From a virus (taxonomy: Duplodnaviria > Caudoviricetes): a stretch of DNA of 24,216 nucleotides. Under the pieces are notes generated by a model. That model saw only the letters and a list, made by a program, of their open reading frames with translations, made no database searches and was not told the DNA's origin. The first letter of the stretch is position 1, and each line of letters starts with the position of its first letter. This document shows positions 1 through 8,400 of this stretch, in pieces. The position numbers and the translations under genes were made by a program. The stretch lies in IMG/VR virus record IMGVR_UViG_3300020045_011289, positions 1-24,216 of that record. One strand, given 5' to 3'.

Positions 1-690
1 GGTGAAAACCAGCAGATTATGGGGCTAAACTACGACCATGAGGGTGTAAGAGCAGATAGAACAATTGCCAAGGACGATGATGGTAAGACATTTGTTCATA
101 ACAACCTATTCACTATCAAGAAAGATTCTAAGCACCGTGGTAAGGGGGTAGAATTCTTTGCCTCTCAGGTTGCTGCCATGCAAGAGGCTGGGGTAGATTA
201 CATAGAAACACATGCAGCGGGATCGGCTACCAGTGAACACTATAATGGCTATTATACCTGGCCTCGTATGGGCTATGATGCGGAGCTGACCCTTAATCAA
301 TTGAATATCTTGCCGAAGAGTCTTACCAACCAGCTGAATGGTAAAAGGAATATCCAAAGTCTGTTTGCTCTGCCGGGTGGAAAAGAGGCGTGGGAGATAT
401 TTGGTAGTGATTTAATGGAGGCCAAGTTTGACCTTACCAAGGGTAGTAAGAGTATACAGATCCTAGAATCCTACCTGAAAGAACGTGAACAGGCAGCAGC
501 TAAACCAAAGGAAGAACAGGCCAAGACAAAAGAGAGGGTAAAGAACGCGCGTAAGAAGATGCAAGAGTTTCGTATCAGAACCCCTCTTGGTCCCCCAAGC
601 GGTCTGCCCAGCCTGGGAGGGCGAATGACCGACCAACAAAAGGAAGAACTGTTAAAGACTTACATACAGGAGCGCGGAAGTGAAGACTGA
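1..690 (+). CDS. C-terminal part of a head-region protein with a GNAT-like domain (possibly a MuF/polyvalent-protein extension); probably 5'-truncated
   Basis: Frame 1 is open from base 1 (GENQQI then M at 19). KHRGKGVEFF resembles the GNAT acetyl-CoA loop R/Q-x-x-G-x-G, followed by a helix, the strand YIETHA, and NGYYTWPRMGYD (equivalent to the 'fY.klGF' motif). It lies just upstream of the prohead protease. Confidence 0.5.
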   Translation, partial: GENQQIMGLNYDHEGVRADRTIAKDDDGKTFVHNNLFTIKKDSKHRGKGVEFFASQVAAMQEAGVDYIETHAAGSATSEHYNGYYTWPRMGYDAELTLNQLNILPKSLTNQLNGKRNIQSLFALPGGKEAWEIFGSDLMEAKFDLTKGSKSIQILESYLKEREQAAAKPKEEQAKTKERVKNARKKMQEFRIRTPLGPPSGLPSLGGRMTDQQKEELLKTYIQERGSED

Positions 691-865
691 TGAAAAACTC
701 GATAAGGAAAAGCTAGATGCCATCAAAGAACTAAGGGCCAAAATCGTTAGCCAGATTAAGGAGTCTGGTGAGGCCAATGAGCAAGACCAAGAGGAGTTAA
801 CCAAACTGATGGAAGAAACGGGCTATGGTGAAGAGATAGGTAGCCTGGATGATTACGATATGTAG
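680..865 (+). CDS. small acidic hypothetical protein (61 aa)
   Basis: GTG start overlaps the end of the upstream gene; GGAG about 10 nt upstream; helical, E/D/K-rich sequence; fills the operon gap. Confidence 0.6.
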   Translation: MKTDEKLDKEKLDAIKELRAKIVSQIKESGEANEQDQEELTKLMEETGYGEEIGSLDDYDM

Positions 866-910
866 TTGGCCTATAGCTATCACAACTAGCTATATTACTC
901 AGGAGCACTT

Positions 911-1114
911 ATGCGAGTTGATCAACAGCAAGAGCAACGCCCACCACAACAAGACCTGGAAAGTAAGTTCCGTGATAGCCTACAGGATGTAGTGATTGTA
1001 GCGGAACGCCTAGCACCTTATTGCAAAGATGTGGAAGAATTGCTGGGTATGCTTAGGCTTGGTATCGAGTCCGATGGTCAGCTTAGGCTCTTAATGGGAA
1101 AGATTAAACGATGA
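911..1114 (+). CDS. hypothetical protein (67 aa)
   Basis: AGGAG RBS at 901-905; stop overlaps the protease start (ATGA 1111-1114), indicating translational coupling. Confidence 0.75.
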   Translation: MRVDQQQEQRPPQQDLESKFRDSLQDVVIVAERLAPYCKDVEELLGMLRLGIESDGQLRLLMGKIKR

Positions 1115-3501
1115 TGCCATCCCCTCCCCCACTAGGTTCTACCTTCACCATGATGGAAGGCCGTAAAGACCTGGATACCAGCCAATATGGCTACAAATTG
1201 GCAGGTTCGTCCTACGGTCTGGATACGGCCTATGGTGAGTTTGATATTGATGAAAAGCGGATGGCCCTACGTTTCCCATTTGCGGACGGAAATCGCAGAG
1301 ATGGGGTCGGCGACCTGTTGGAGGTTGGGGGTATCCGCACGGATCGACATGAGAAAAATAGGATAGTTCTCTTTGACCACGGCAAGCAAGTCCAGCTGCC
1401 TATCGGTAAAGCCGAAGACCCCAATACAGGCGCATATACGGTAGAGATAGACCCTGTAGGCCGCAAGGCTTGGCTTACTTGCTTTTTCTATCAGGGGAAG
1501 GGCTTGCCGGGAGCTAAGCCCCACGATGAGTATGACCACGCTCTTTTCTGTGAGCAACTTTTCGATCTAGCTGCCAAGCGGTACATACGCGCGGGTAGCA
1601 TAGGCTACCAAGTGGTAAAGGCCCTGAAGCTACCAGCGGATTACGAACAAGGTACGCCTCCGGGGCTACACTTGCTTGTAACCCTGATGTTAGAGGGTAG
1701 CCTAGTGGTGCTACCAGCCAATGGCGATACGGTTCGTAAGGCCCTAGCCCTTCCCCAGGTATGTGGTAAGGCACTATCGCCGGTGTTGGTAAAGAGCCTC
1801 TCACCTTATGCCGAGCCTACTAAGGTAATGGCAAATGGGATTGGCACGAAAGCGAGCCAGTTTTCTAGGGGTAATTTCTCTGTTGGGCAAAAAGTTGTCT
1901 GGAATAGTAGAACTGGCCCGGTAGTAGCCGAGTTCCGGGGCCAGTTAATGGGCTTAGATGGTTATGAGGCCACAATTATTGTAAGAGAGGAAGGTAGTTC
2001 ACCCTTCCAAGTAACCGTACCCATTATGGAGATAAAACAGAAAAACCTATCCCCACAAAGCAAAGCCTTAGAGCAGATTTATAGAGGGTGTAAGATTGAA
2101 AAAATAGAGGCCCAACAGGTGGGTTACACATCCAATCGAAGCACTCTTAACAAGGTTGGCATCGACACAAGCAGAAAATTCAGTGGGTACGAAATTACCT
2201 TACCGGACGGCGGTTCTAAGGTAGTGGATAAATTGTCCGAGGCAAAAAGATATATTGACAACTATCTTGGCCCCGATGAAAAAAGTCTTGAAGGTGGTTT
2301 AGCCGATACCACCCCTACAAGCTCTTTCTCTCAGGAGAATGGAAAGATGGAAAGCGGAGCAGCAAGCAAAAACATCAAATCCATCCGAGCTAAGTACAAG
2401 CGTAAGGGCTTTGATGACCCTGAGTCTTTTTCTCAGGAGGCTTGGAGGCGCGGAGATAAGACCGAAAAACCGCACGTTAGAACTATTAGAACAAATCGGA
2501 TGCAAAATTTAATAGATGCTACGGATAGGTATACGCTAGGGGATGTAGACAGAGGGACATTTGACTCAGGTAACAGATACCAAATATCCAAACAGTCTTT
2601 TGGGTATATGATTTGGGATTCCCAAGCCAGAGAAAGCAAGAACTGTGAGATAAAAAGCCTTCGTAAGGGCTTGGAGGGTGGAGAATCTTACTCTAAAGCC
2701 TTTAATGTTGGTGATATGGTGGAAAACACTTATGCAGGGTCAGGGGCACCAGCTTGGCAACCCGGAAAAGTGGTAGAGGTTGCTAAGCAAAGAAAGCAAT
2801 CATCTAGAGACCAATTTGGCAACCGTGAGTCCCATCAACCAGAAACGCGCTACCGGGTAAACTTTAATGGACGTGACTATTGGGTAGATGAGGGGGCTTT
2901 AGAATTGGCTGGTACTAAAAGCCTTTCCTCCATCCGACGGAAGTATATGGCTAAGGCTATTCCTGTTGCTGCCGACGTTGCAAAGCGTATTTTACAAAGA
3001 CTATCCCCAGGGGAGGCTAAAACGATTAGCGGTATCTCTGTAAGACGTACCAAGCCGGGATTAGACAGCCGATTTAACCAAGAGGACGGCTTTGTTATTG
3101 ACGGAAACCAGATGGGGCTAGAAAGAGCTTCCGAAAAGATAGCAGAACTCACAGGAGGAAAGAGCCTTGAGACAAGCAAAAGTCTAAACTACAAATCCCT
3201 TAACGTTCGCTATCGCAGCAAGGTCATCAAGGGCTTTGCCGAAGTGCAAGTAAAGTTTGCTCTACCCGACCGGGATCGTACCAAACAGGCTGCTATGTTT
3301 GCCGAAATGGAAGCCAACGGTTATGGTAGGCCCCAAGGGGTACGCTGGAGTGAGGACGGTAAAGACCTAGCTAGCACGGCGGAAAACGTATCTTACAAGT
3401 TCTGTTTGGAACCCGGCAAATCCTTACCAGCGGAATTGGAAAAGCTCAGCACTATTGCTGCAAAGCATGGTGCTAGGTTAGTAGGTAATACCAAGAGTTA
3501 A
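1111..3501 (+). CDS. HK97-type prohead maturation protease (aa ~45-208) with a ~550-aa multi-domain C-terminal extension
   Basis: Caudoviral prohead protease motifs: D-x-x-G-D (RDGVGD), VLFDH...PIGK (catalytic His), RAGSIGY (catalytic Ser), LEGSLVVLPAN. Located upstream of the major capsid gene. Confidence 0.9.
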   Translation: MMPSPPPLGSTFTMMEGRKDLDTSQYGYKLAGSSYGLDTAYGEFDIDEKRMALRFPFADGNRRDGVGDLLEVGGIRTDRHEKNRIVLFDHGKQVQLPIGKAEDPNTGAYTVEIDPVGRKAWLTCFFYQGKGLPGAKPHDEYDHALFCEQLFDLAAKRYIRAGSIGYQVVKALKLPADYEQGTPPGLHLLVTLMLEGSLVVLPANGDTVRKALALPQVCGKALSPVLVKSLSPYAEPTKVMANGIGTKASQFSRGNFSVGQKVVWNSRTGPVVAEFRGQLMGLDGYEATIIVREEGSSPFQVTVPIMEIKQKNLSPQSKALEQIYRGCKIEKIEAQQVGYTSNRSTLNKVGIDTSRKFSGYEITLPDGGSKVVDKLSEAKRYIDNYLGPDEKSLEGGLADTTPTSSFSQENGKMESGAASKNIKSIRAKYKRKGFDDPESFSQEAWRRGDKTEKPHVRTIRTNRMQNLIDATDRYTLGDVDRGTFDSGNRYQISKQSFGYMIWDSQARESKNCEIKSLRKGLEGGESYSKAFNVGDMVENTYAGSGAPAWQPGKVVEVAKQRKQSSRDQFGNRESHQPETRYRVNFNGRDYWVDEGALELAGTKSLSSIRRKYMAKAIPVAADVAKRILQRLSPGEAKTISGISVRRTKPGLDSRFNQEDGFVIDGNQMGLERASEKIAELTGGKSLETSKSLNYKSLNVRYRSKVIKGFAEVQVKFALPDRDRTKQAAMFAEMEANGYGRPQGVRWSEDGKDLASTAENVSYKFCLEPGKSLPAELEKLSTIAAKHGARLVGNTKS

Positions 3502-3522
3502 ACCCTAATAGGAACACAAAGA

Positions 3523-5151
3523 ATGCGCGTTAATACTAAGGGAGGAACGGAGTACACGGATTATGATTTTCAAAGAATGAATACCTCTGATTTGCAAAAA
3601 GTAGTTAGCAATGGAAGCCAGAACGAAATCAGAGGGGCACGACAAGAGCTAAATCATAGACTAGAAATTAGGGATAAAACCGGAAAAATGCCACAACCTT
3701 TGCCTAAGAGCAATTCTAATATGCACACTAAAGCCGATCCTTCTATGAATCCAACCGAAGCCCCCCCTACTGACCTAGACGAACAAATGGAAGGGGACGA
3801 ACCCCTGGAGCCGTTTGGCGCCCAGGTACTCCGCCGTATCCATGAGAACCATGTAGTTCTTATGGAAGAATACGACGAAGCCATCGAACTGCTAGACCAT
3901 CCAGAGGTGAAGAAGCACCTTACCAAATTGCTCCAGGGTATCGAAGCTACCCTAACAGCCACGGAAGGTTTGCTAGGTAAGCATTATCCCGATTTGCCTG
4001 GCATTGAAGGCGCGGAGAATAAGGGCTTGGATGAAGAGAGTGAGATTGAAGAAGAGGAAGAAGCCCCTGCTGATGAAGCTGCCGAGGCCATGCTGGAAAA
4101 GGGCCTACGGGGCCGAGCTAAGCAAATGTTTCGGCAGTACAAGTCTTGGGCCAAGGCAATGGGGGTTTGTCCTGGCTGCGGTAAGGAAGATTGCGGTTGT
4201 ACGGAAGAACCACCGCAAAAGGCTGCTCCCAAGTTTTCCACCAAACGCCTCGTCAAGACCATCGGTAAGGTACTAGGTAAAGACCTCACGGAAGATGAAG
4301 TAGGCGAGGTGGTTGATAAGCTGGAAACGGAAGCGTCGGACACAGAGCCCGATACCAAAGCCCTTACCCAAAGGATTTGCAAGGCCCTTGGTAAGGATAT
4401 GTCAGACGACGAAACCACCGAAATGATGGGCCAAGTAGATGAGCAAATGGAGCAAAAATCCATCCTCTGCAAATCCCATAAAGATGCCGTGAGGGGAGCC
4501 GCTGGCTTCCTGGAAGAAGCTGGCCAACACTCAGGTAATTGGGAAGATGAACACCGTATGAAGGCTATGTCTTGGCATAAGGCCCTAAGTGAAGTAGGTG
4601 CCGACCCCGAGCCTGATATGGTCGAAGGCGCGGATATGGTAGATGAAGGTATGCCAGGGGAGATGGGGCAAAAGGCAGGTTTTGAGTTAGTCTACGGTAA
4701 TGGAGGGCATGGTGGCCCTTATAGCAGCTTGGAGGAAGCTAGAAACAGAGCACAACAATTGCTTCAAGGGTCAAGGACCGAGCGGTCTATTTATATTGTT
4801 CCTCGGGATGAAAGAACTTTGGACCGAAGAAATGCTGTAGAAGAAGTCAGAAAAGACGAAAAGGGGCTAAGATTTGTAAAAGCAATGGCTGGGGTACAGG
4901 TTAATAACGCGGTCTCAGTTAGCGGAAATCAAGGTATAGTTACAGCCGTAGACAAAACAAACCAAACTGCGGATGTAAAGTTTAACAACGGACATACCGT
5001 TGTAGACATCTCCTTCGACGATCTAACTTGGGAGGGAGGTAAATCCATCACGCCCCAAGCAACCAAAGCCCTTGCCTCTACCTTTACGCAACAAAGCAAG
5101 CAATTGGAAGACCTAAACAAGCAACTGGCAAAGTTGTCGAAAGTCCTGTAA
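3523..5151 (+). CDS. scaffold-like/internal head protein with inserted small domains
   Basis: Lies between protease and capsid genes. Acidic helical core, CPGCGKEDCGC cluster, internal duplication (…IGKVLGKDLTEDE… / …ICKALGKDMSDDE…), and a C-terminal coiled-coil-like helix. Confidence 0.6.
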   Translation: MRVNTKGGTEYTDYDFQRMNTSDLQKVVSNGSQNEIRGARQELNHRLEIRDKTGKMPQPLPKSNSNMHTKADPSMNPTEAPPTDLDEQMEGDEPLEPFGAQVLRRIHENHVVLMEEYDEAIELLDHPEVKKHLTKLLQGIEATLTATEGLLGKHYPDLPGIEGAENKGLDEESEIEEEEEAPADEAAEAMLEKGLRGRAKQMFRQYKSWAKAMGVCPGCGKEDCGCTEEPPQKAAPKFSTKRLVKTIGKVLGKDLTEDEVGEVVDKLETEASDTEPDTKALTQRICKALGKDMSDDETTEMMGQVDEQMEQKSILCKSHKDAVRGAAGFLEEAGQHSGNWEDEHRMKAMSWHKALSEVGADPEPDMVEGADMVDEGMPGEMGQKAGFELVYGNGGHGGPYSSLEEARNRAQQLLQGSRTERSIYIVPRDERTLDRRNAVEEVRKDEKGLRFVKAMAGVQVNNAVSVSGNQGIVTAVDKTNQTADVKFNNGHTVVDISFDDLTWEGGKSITPQATKALASTFTQQSKQLEDLNKQLAKLSKVL

Positions 5152-5209
5152 TTCTAACTCTTAACTGCAATCCCCTACCACCCAGGGGTTAAACGTTTCC
5201 GGAGGAAAA

Positions 5210-6655
5210 ATGGCCGTAAGTGAACTCGAAACTCTGCAAACCCTGGCCAAGCAAAATAGCGAGGGCCTCAATGCTGTAACGAAGTCCCTGGGTGCCTTGG
5301 TAGACCGGCTGAATAAGGCTCCGGCCTACCCCAAGGGTGCCAATCCGGGTTCGGTCTTTGGTGCTCCCCACGCGCGGAATGGTGAAGACCCGCTGTCGAG
5401 TAGGGGCTTTTCCTTTCTCAAAATGTTCGGGGTTATGCAAAACTTGGTTCCCCCCGAAGATGCCAAGATCGAAATGGACGTACACAATCGTCTCTCCAAG
5501 TGTTTCCATCAGGGCTACGATTGGCAAGCTGGTGGGCAGCTAGGCGTCTCGCGGTTTATGGCCCCTCTGGCCTCCAATTTCTTCGAGGAATCCAGGGTAG
5601 ACCGCAACTTCCGTAGTGAGATGAAGAGTCTCATTATGGGCGGCGTGGATGGGAGCATGGACCTCCCCGACGAAATGCGGTGGATGCGAACCAAGTCCCT
5701 TTCGGCTATGGGCTATGGCAAGAAGGATTTGTCTTGGTTGAATGAATTGACGGGCGGTGCCTTGGTTGCACCCCCGGAGATGGGCGAGCTTATCGAGCTG
5801 CTTCGAAACAAGGAAGCCTTGGTCCAGGCTGGTGCGCGGACTGTTCCCTTGCCGGCCCAAGGTCGGTTGAAGTATCCCCGCCAGACCGCAGCCTCCAATA
5901 CCTATTGGGTAGGCGAAAATAAGGCTATTACTCAGAGCGAAATCGGTACGGGTGAAGTGACCTTGCAAGCCAAGAAATTGGCCGTGTTGATTAAGTCCCC
6001 CAACGAGCTTATCCGCTTTGCCAACCCCGCAGCGGAAGCCTTGGTCCGGGACGATATTACCAAGTCTTTGGCCTTGGGTCTGGACCTGGCTGGCCTGGAA
6101 GGTGCGGGCGGTGATACGCGCCCCCGTGGTATCCTGAATCTTCAGGGTATCAACACTATCTCCAGCAGCCGACAAACAGCTGACGGTGATTATCTGGTAG
6201 GTACGGACCTCTACCGTATGGTTGCTGCAGTGGAAGAAAGCAATGCGGAATTTGAAGGCTGGATTCTCCGCCCGAAGTCCCTGTACAAATACTACCAGCT
6301 TCGTTCGGATGCCGTTGCCCAGGGTGATGCTGCCGGCCCGTTCTTGTTCAACCTCATCCGTGAGGCCGGTGAAGGCGTCAAGGCTACCTTGGCGGGCTAC
6401 CCCGTTACCAAGAGCAATCAGGTTAGCCAGGTACGCTCCAAGGGTGCCTCTAGCAACCTTACCTACGTCTTGGGTGGTATGTTCTCGGATGTGTTGATCG
6501 GTATGTTCGGTGGTGTGGAATTCGCTACCACAACCCAGGGCGATACCAGCTTCACGAATGACCAAACGTGGATCCGTGGTATCCTCACAGCTGACATCGC
6601 GGTCCGCCATGAAGCGGCTTTCTCGTTGCTGGACAACCTGCAAACTACTCTGTAA
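5210..6655 (+). CDS. HK97-fold major capsid protein with N-terminal delta-like domain
   Basis: GGAGG RBS. Typical HK97-family motifs: TGGALVAPPE..ELIELLR, YPRQT..YWVGE, VTLQAKKLA, G-x-G..PRGILN, LAGYPV, F.NDQT.IR....D..VRH..AF. Confidence 0.95.
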   Translation: MAVSELETLQTLAKQNSEGLNAVTKSLGALVDRLNKAPAYPKGANPGSVFGAPHARNGEDPLSSRGFSFLKMFGVMQNLVPPEDAKIEMDVHNRLSKCFHQGYDWQAGGQLGVSRFMAPLASNFFEESRVDRNFRSEMKSLIMGGVDGSMDLPDEMRWMRTKSLSAMGYGKKDLSWLNELTGGALVAPPEMGELIELLRNKEALVQAGARTVPLPAQGRLKYPRQTAASNTYWVGENKAITQSEIGTGEVTLQAKKLAVLIKSPNELIRFANPAAEALVRDDITKSLALGLDLAGLEGAGGDTRPRGILNLQGINTISSSRQTADGDYLVGTDLYRMVAAVEESNAEFEGWILRPKSLYKYYQLRSDAVAQGDAAGPFLFNLIREAGEGVKATLAGYPVTKSNQVSQVRSKGASSNLTYVLGGMFSDVLIGMFGGVEFATTTQGDTSFTNDQTWIRGILTADIAVRHEAAFSLLDNLQTTL

Positions 6656-6706
6656 TAACCCTTAGTCGCCCTTGACTTTTAACTCAAAACAAAAGGAGAT
6701 ATATAA

Positions 6707-7252
6707 GTGTCCGCTAATACAATTGTAGACCTTGGCAATGCTGCTGACATTGCTTGCAATATGCGAGTGGTCAGCGGTTCGGATGACACCTTCGGTCCTG
6801 TTATTGACATGCTCGGGGCTGCTGGTTATACGGGCGTTTGGGTTGCCGGCTTTGGTGCTACGGCTCTAGAAGTCCGTATCCAAACCAGCGATGCCACTAC
6901 CAGCGGCTCCTTTACCGATCCTACCAGTGGTCTCCCTCTGAGTGCCTTTCCGGTAGGCGGGAAGATTACTTCGGGTGGTATCTTCTGGGCTAACAGTGGT
7001 GCCTATCTCTCAGGATATAGCTCCCCAGCTAGTCCGGTTGCTGGGGCCTCGCTGTTTGCCAGTGGTGGTATGGATATTGCTTGCTTCCAACGTCCCCATC
7101 GTTACGCTCGGTTGTGGGTAACGTCGGGCAATGCCAGTATCACTAATGTACCTTTCCAGGCTGGCTTCATCTGCCAGAAACGCTTGACGGGTTCTAGCGG
7201 TACGGCGGGAGGCTTCTCCTATGCTCCGGGTTCCGGCACCGTAAATGTCTAG
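6707..7252 (+). CDS. probable capsid decoration/cement protein, Ser-Gly rich
   Basis: Strong RBS (AAAAGGAG) and GTG start; directly after the capsid gene and before the terminator; beta-rich with the pattern 'IQTSD...FTD' and 'RYARL'. Confidence 0.65.
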   Translation: MSANTIVDLGNAADIACNMRVVSGSDDTFGPVIDMLGAAGYTGVWVAGFGATALEVRIQTSDATTSGSFTDPTSGLPLSAFPVGGKITSGGIFWANSGAYLSGYSSPASPVAGASLFASGGMDIACFQRPHRYARLWVTSGNASITNVPFQAGFICQKRLTGSSGTAGGFSYAPGSGTVNV

Positions 7253-7291
7253 TATATAGGCGCGTTCCTTTCGTGGTGCTCCTGTTGTTGT

Positions 7292-7327
7292 GGGCCGAGG
7301 GGCATGATGTTCCTCGGCTTTTTTCTT
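7292..7327 (+). terminator. Rho-independent terminator after the capsid/decoration genes
   Basis: GCCGAGG (7294-7300) pairs with CCTCGGC (7312-7318), extended by G-U/C-G/A-U pairs, followed by TTTTTTCTT. Confidence 0.85.
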
Positions 7328-7336
7328 AGGTAGGCC

Positions 7337-8011
7337 ATGATTCTATCCGACTTGACAGAGCTGAAAACACTGCTGGATATTCCCACAGGGGATACCAGCC
7401 AGGATGCCAAGTTGATGTATCTGGTAGTGATGGCCAGTAACGTGATAGAGGAATATCTAGGTAGGCAAGGCCAGCTATTGAAGAAGAGCCGTACAGAGTA
7501 TTACAACGGCACGAACACCCAAAAGCTACTACTCAGGAGCCGGCCCGTTTTTACCACACCTACGATCCAGGTATGGGCGGATAACTCAGGCGACTGGGGA
7601 AGTGGTACAGACCCCTTTCCGGACTCTACAGAGTTAGTCTACGGCACGGATTTTGCCTTACAAATCGACCAGGACGACGGGACAAGTAGGAGTGGTATAC
7701 TAGTTAGGCTTAACACGGTCTGGAATCGCCCCACGGTTCGCCAGACGGGTTATCTGTTCCCATTCGTGTACGAAGGCCAAGGTAACATCAAAGTAACCTA
7801 CACGGGCGGCTACACGATTGATACACTCCCGGATGGTTTCCGCCTGGCTACCAATATCCTGGTAATGAGGCTACGCGCGTTGATGCCTTTTGGTTGGCAG
7901 ATTACTAGCGAAAGCTATGAAGAGCGAAATATCTCCCTAAACGTACCCACGGAAGACCTCTTCAGTATTATCAAGCCGTTCCTATTTTCTTATAAGAATT
8001 GGAAATGGTGA
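7337..8011 (+). CDS. head-tail connector/adaptor (gp6/gp15-like, with beta-domain insertion)
   Basis: L.ELK..L.I....QDAKL..L...AS..IE.YLGR N-terminus; IKVTYTGGY...LP...LA motif; position after the capsid genes. Confidence 0.85.
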   Translation: MILSDLTELKTLLDIPTGDTSQDAKLMYLVVMASNVIEEYLGRQGQLLKKSRTEYYNGTNTQKLLLRSRPVFTTPTIQVWADNSGDWGSGTDPFPDSTELVYGTDFALQIDQDDGTSRSGILVRLNTVWNRPTVRQTGYLFPFVYEGQGNIKVTYTGGYTIDTLPDGFRLATNILVMRLRALMPFGWQITSESYEERNISLNVPTEDLFSIIKPFLFSYKNWKW

Positions 8012-8388
8012 TGCCACACCTTGGACCTTACACAACTAGGACGTTCCACCTAAACCTCTACTCGGGTATGCTCCGCACCATCGTTATCAATAAGCGCGGA
8101 ACAGAGCAAAATCAGGGTACAGGTACGAACCTAACTCTCTACAATTGCAGGCGGAAAAAAATCTACTATGGTGGACAAAACATCCGGGGTCAAATGACCT
8201 CGAATGATTACACGGTTTGGCAGATACCCAGGGTAGAGCTAGATCGGGTAGGCATAGTGAACTTGAACATTGTCGATACCATCACGGACCAAGCCAGTGG
8301 CGAAGTCTGGCAACCAGAAAGTGATGATGTATTGATTAGGCAACTTTTTGATAATTTTGTTAATGTGCCGTGCAAGCGAATCGTATAA
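8011..8388 (+). CDS. probable head-closure/stopper protein
   Basis: About 125 aa, beta-rich, ends DTITD...WQ...VPCKR; follows the connector with a TGATG overlap (alternative starts at 7999 or 8005). Confidence 0.6.
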   Translation: MPHLGPYTTRTFHLNLYSGMLRTIVINKRGTEQNQGTGTNLTLYNCRRKKIYYGGQNIRGQMTSNDYTVWQIPRVELDRVGIVNLNIVDTITDQASGEVWQPESDDVLIRQLFDNFVNVPCKRIV

Positions 8389-8400
8389 AGGGATTAACAT

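Noticed and set aside
5540-6643. 367-aa minus-strand ORF
   Set aside because: Fully antisense to the major capsid gene; explained by that gene's codon bias; no recognisable motif.
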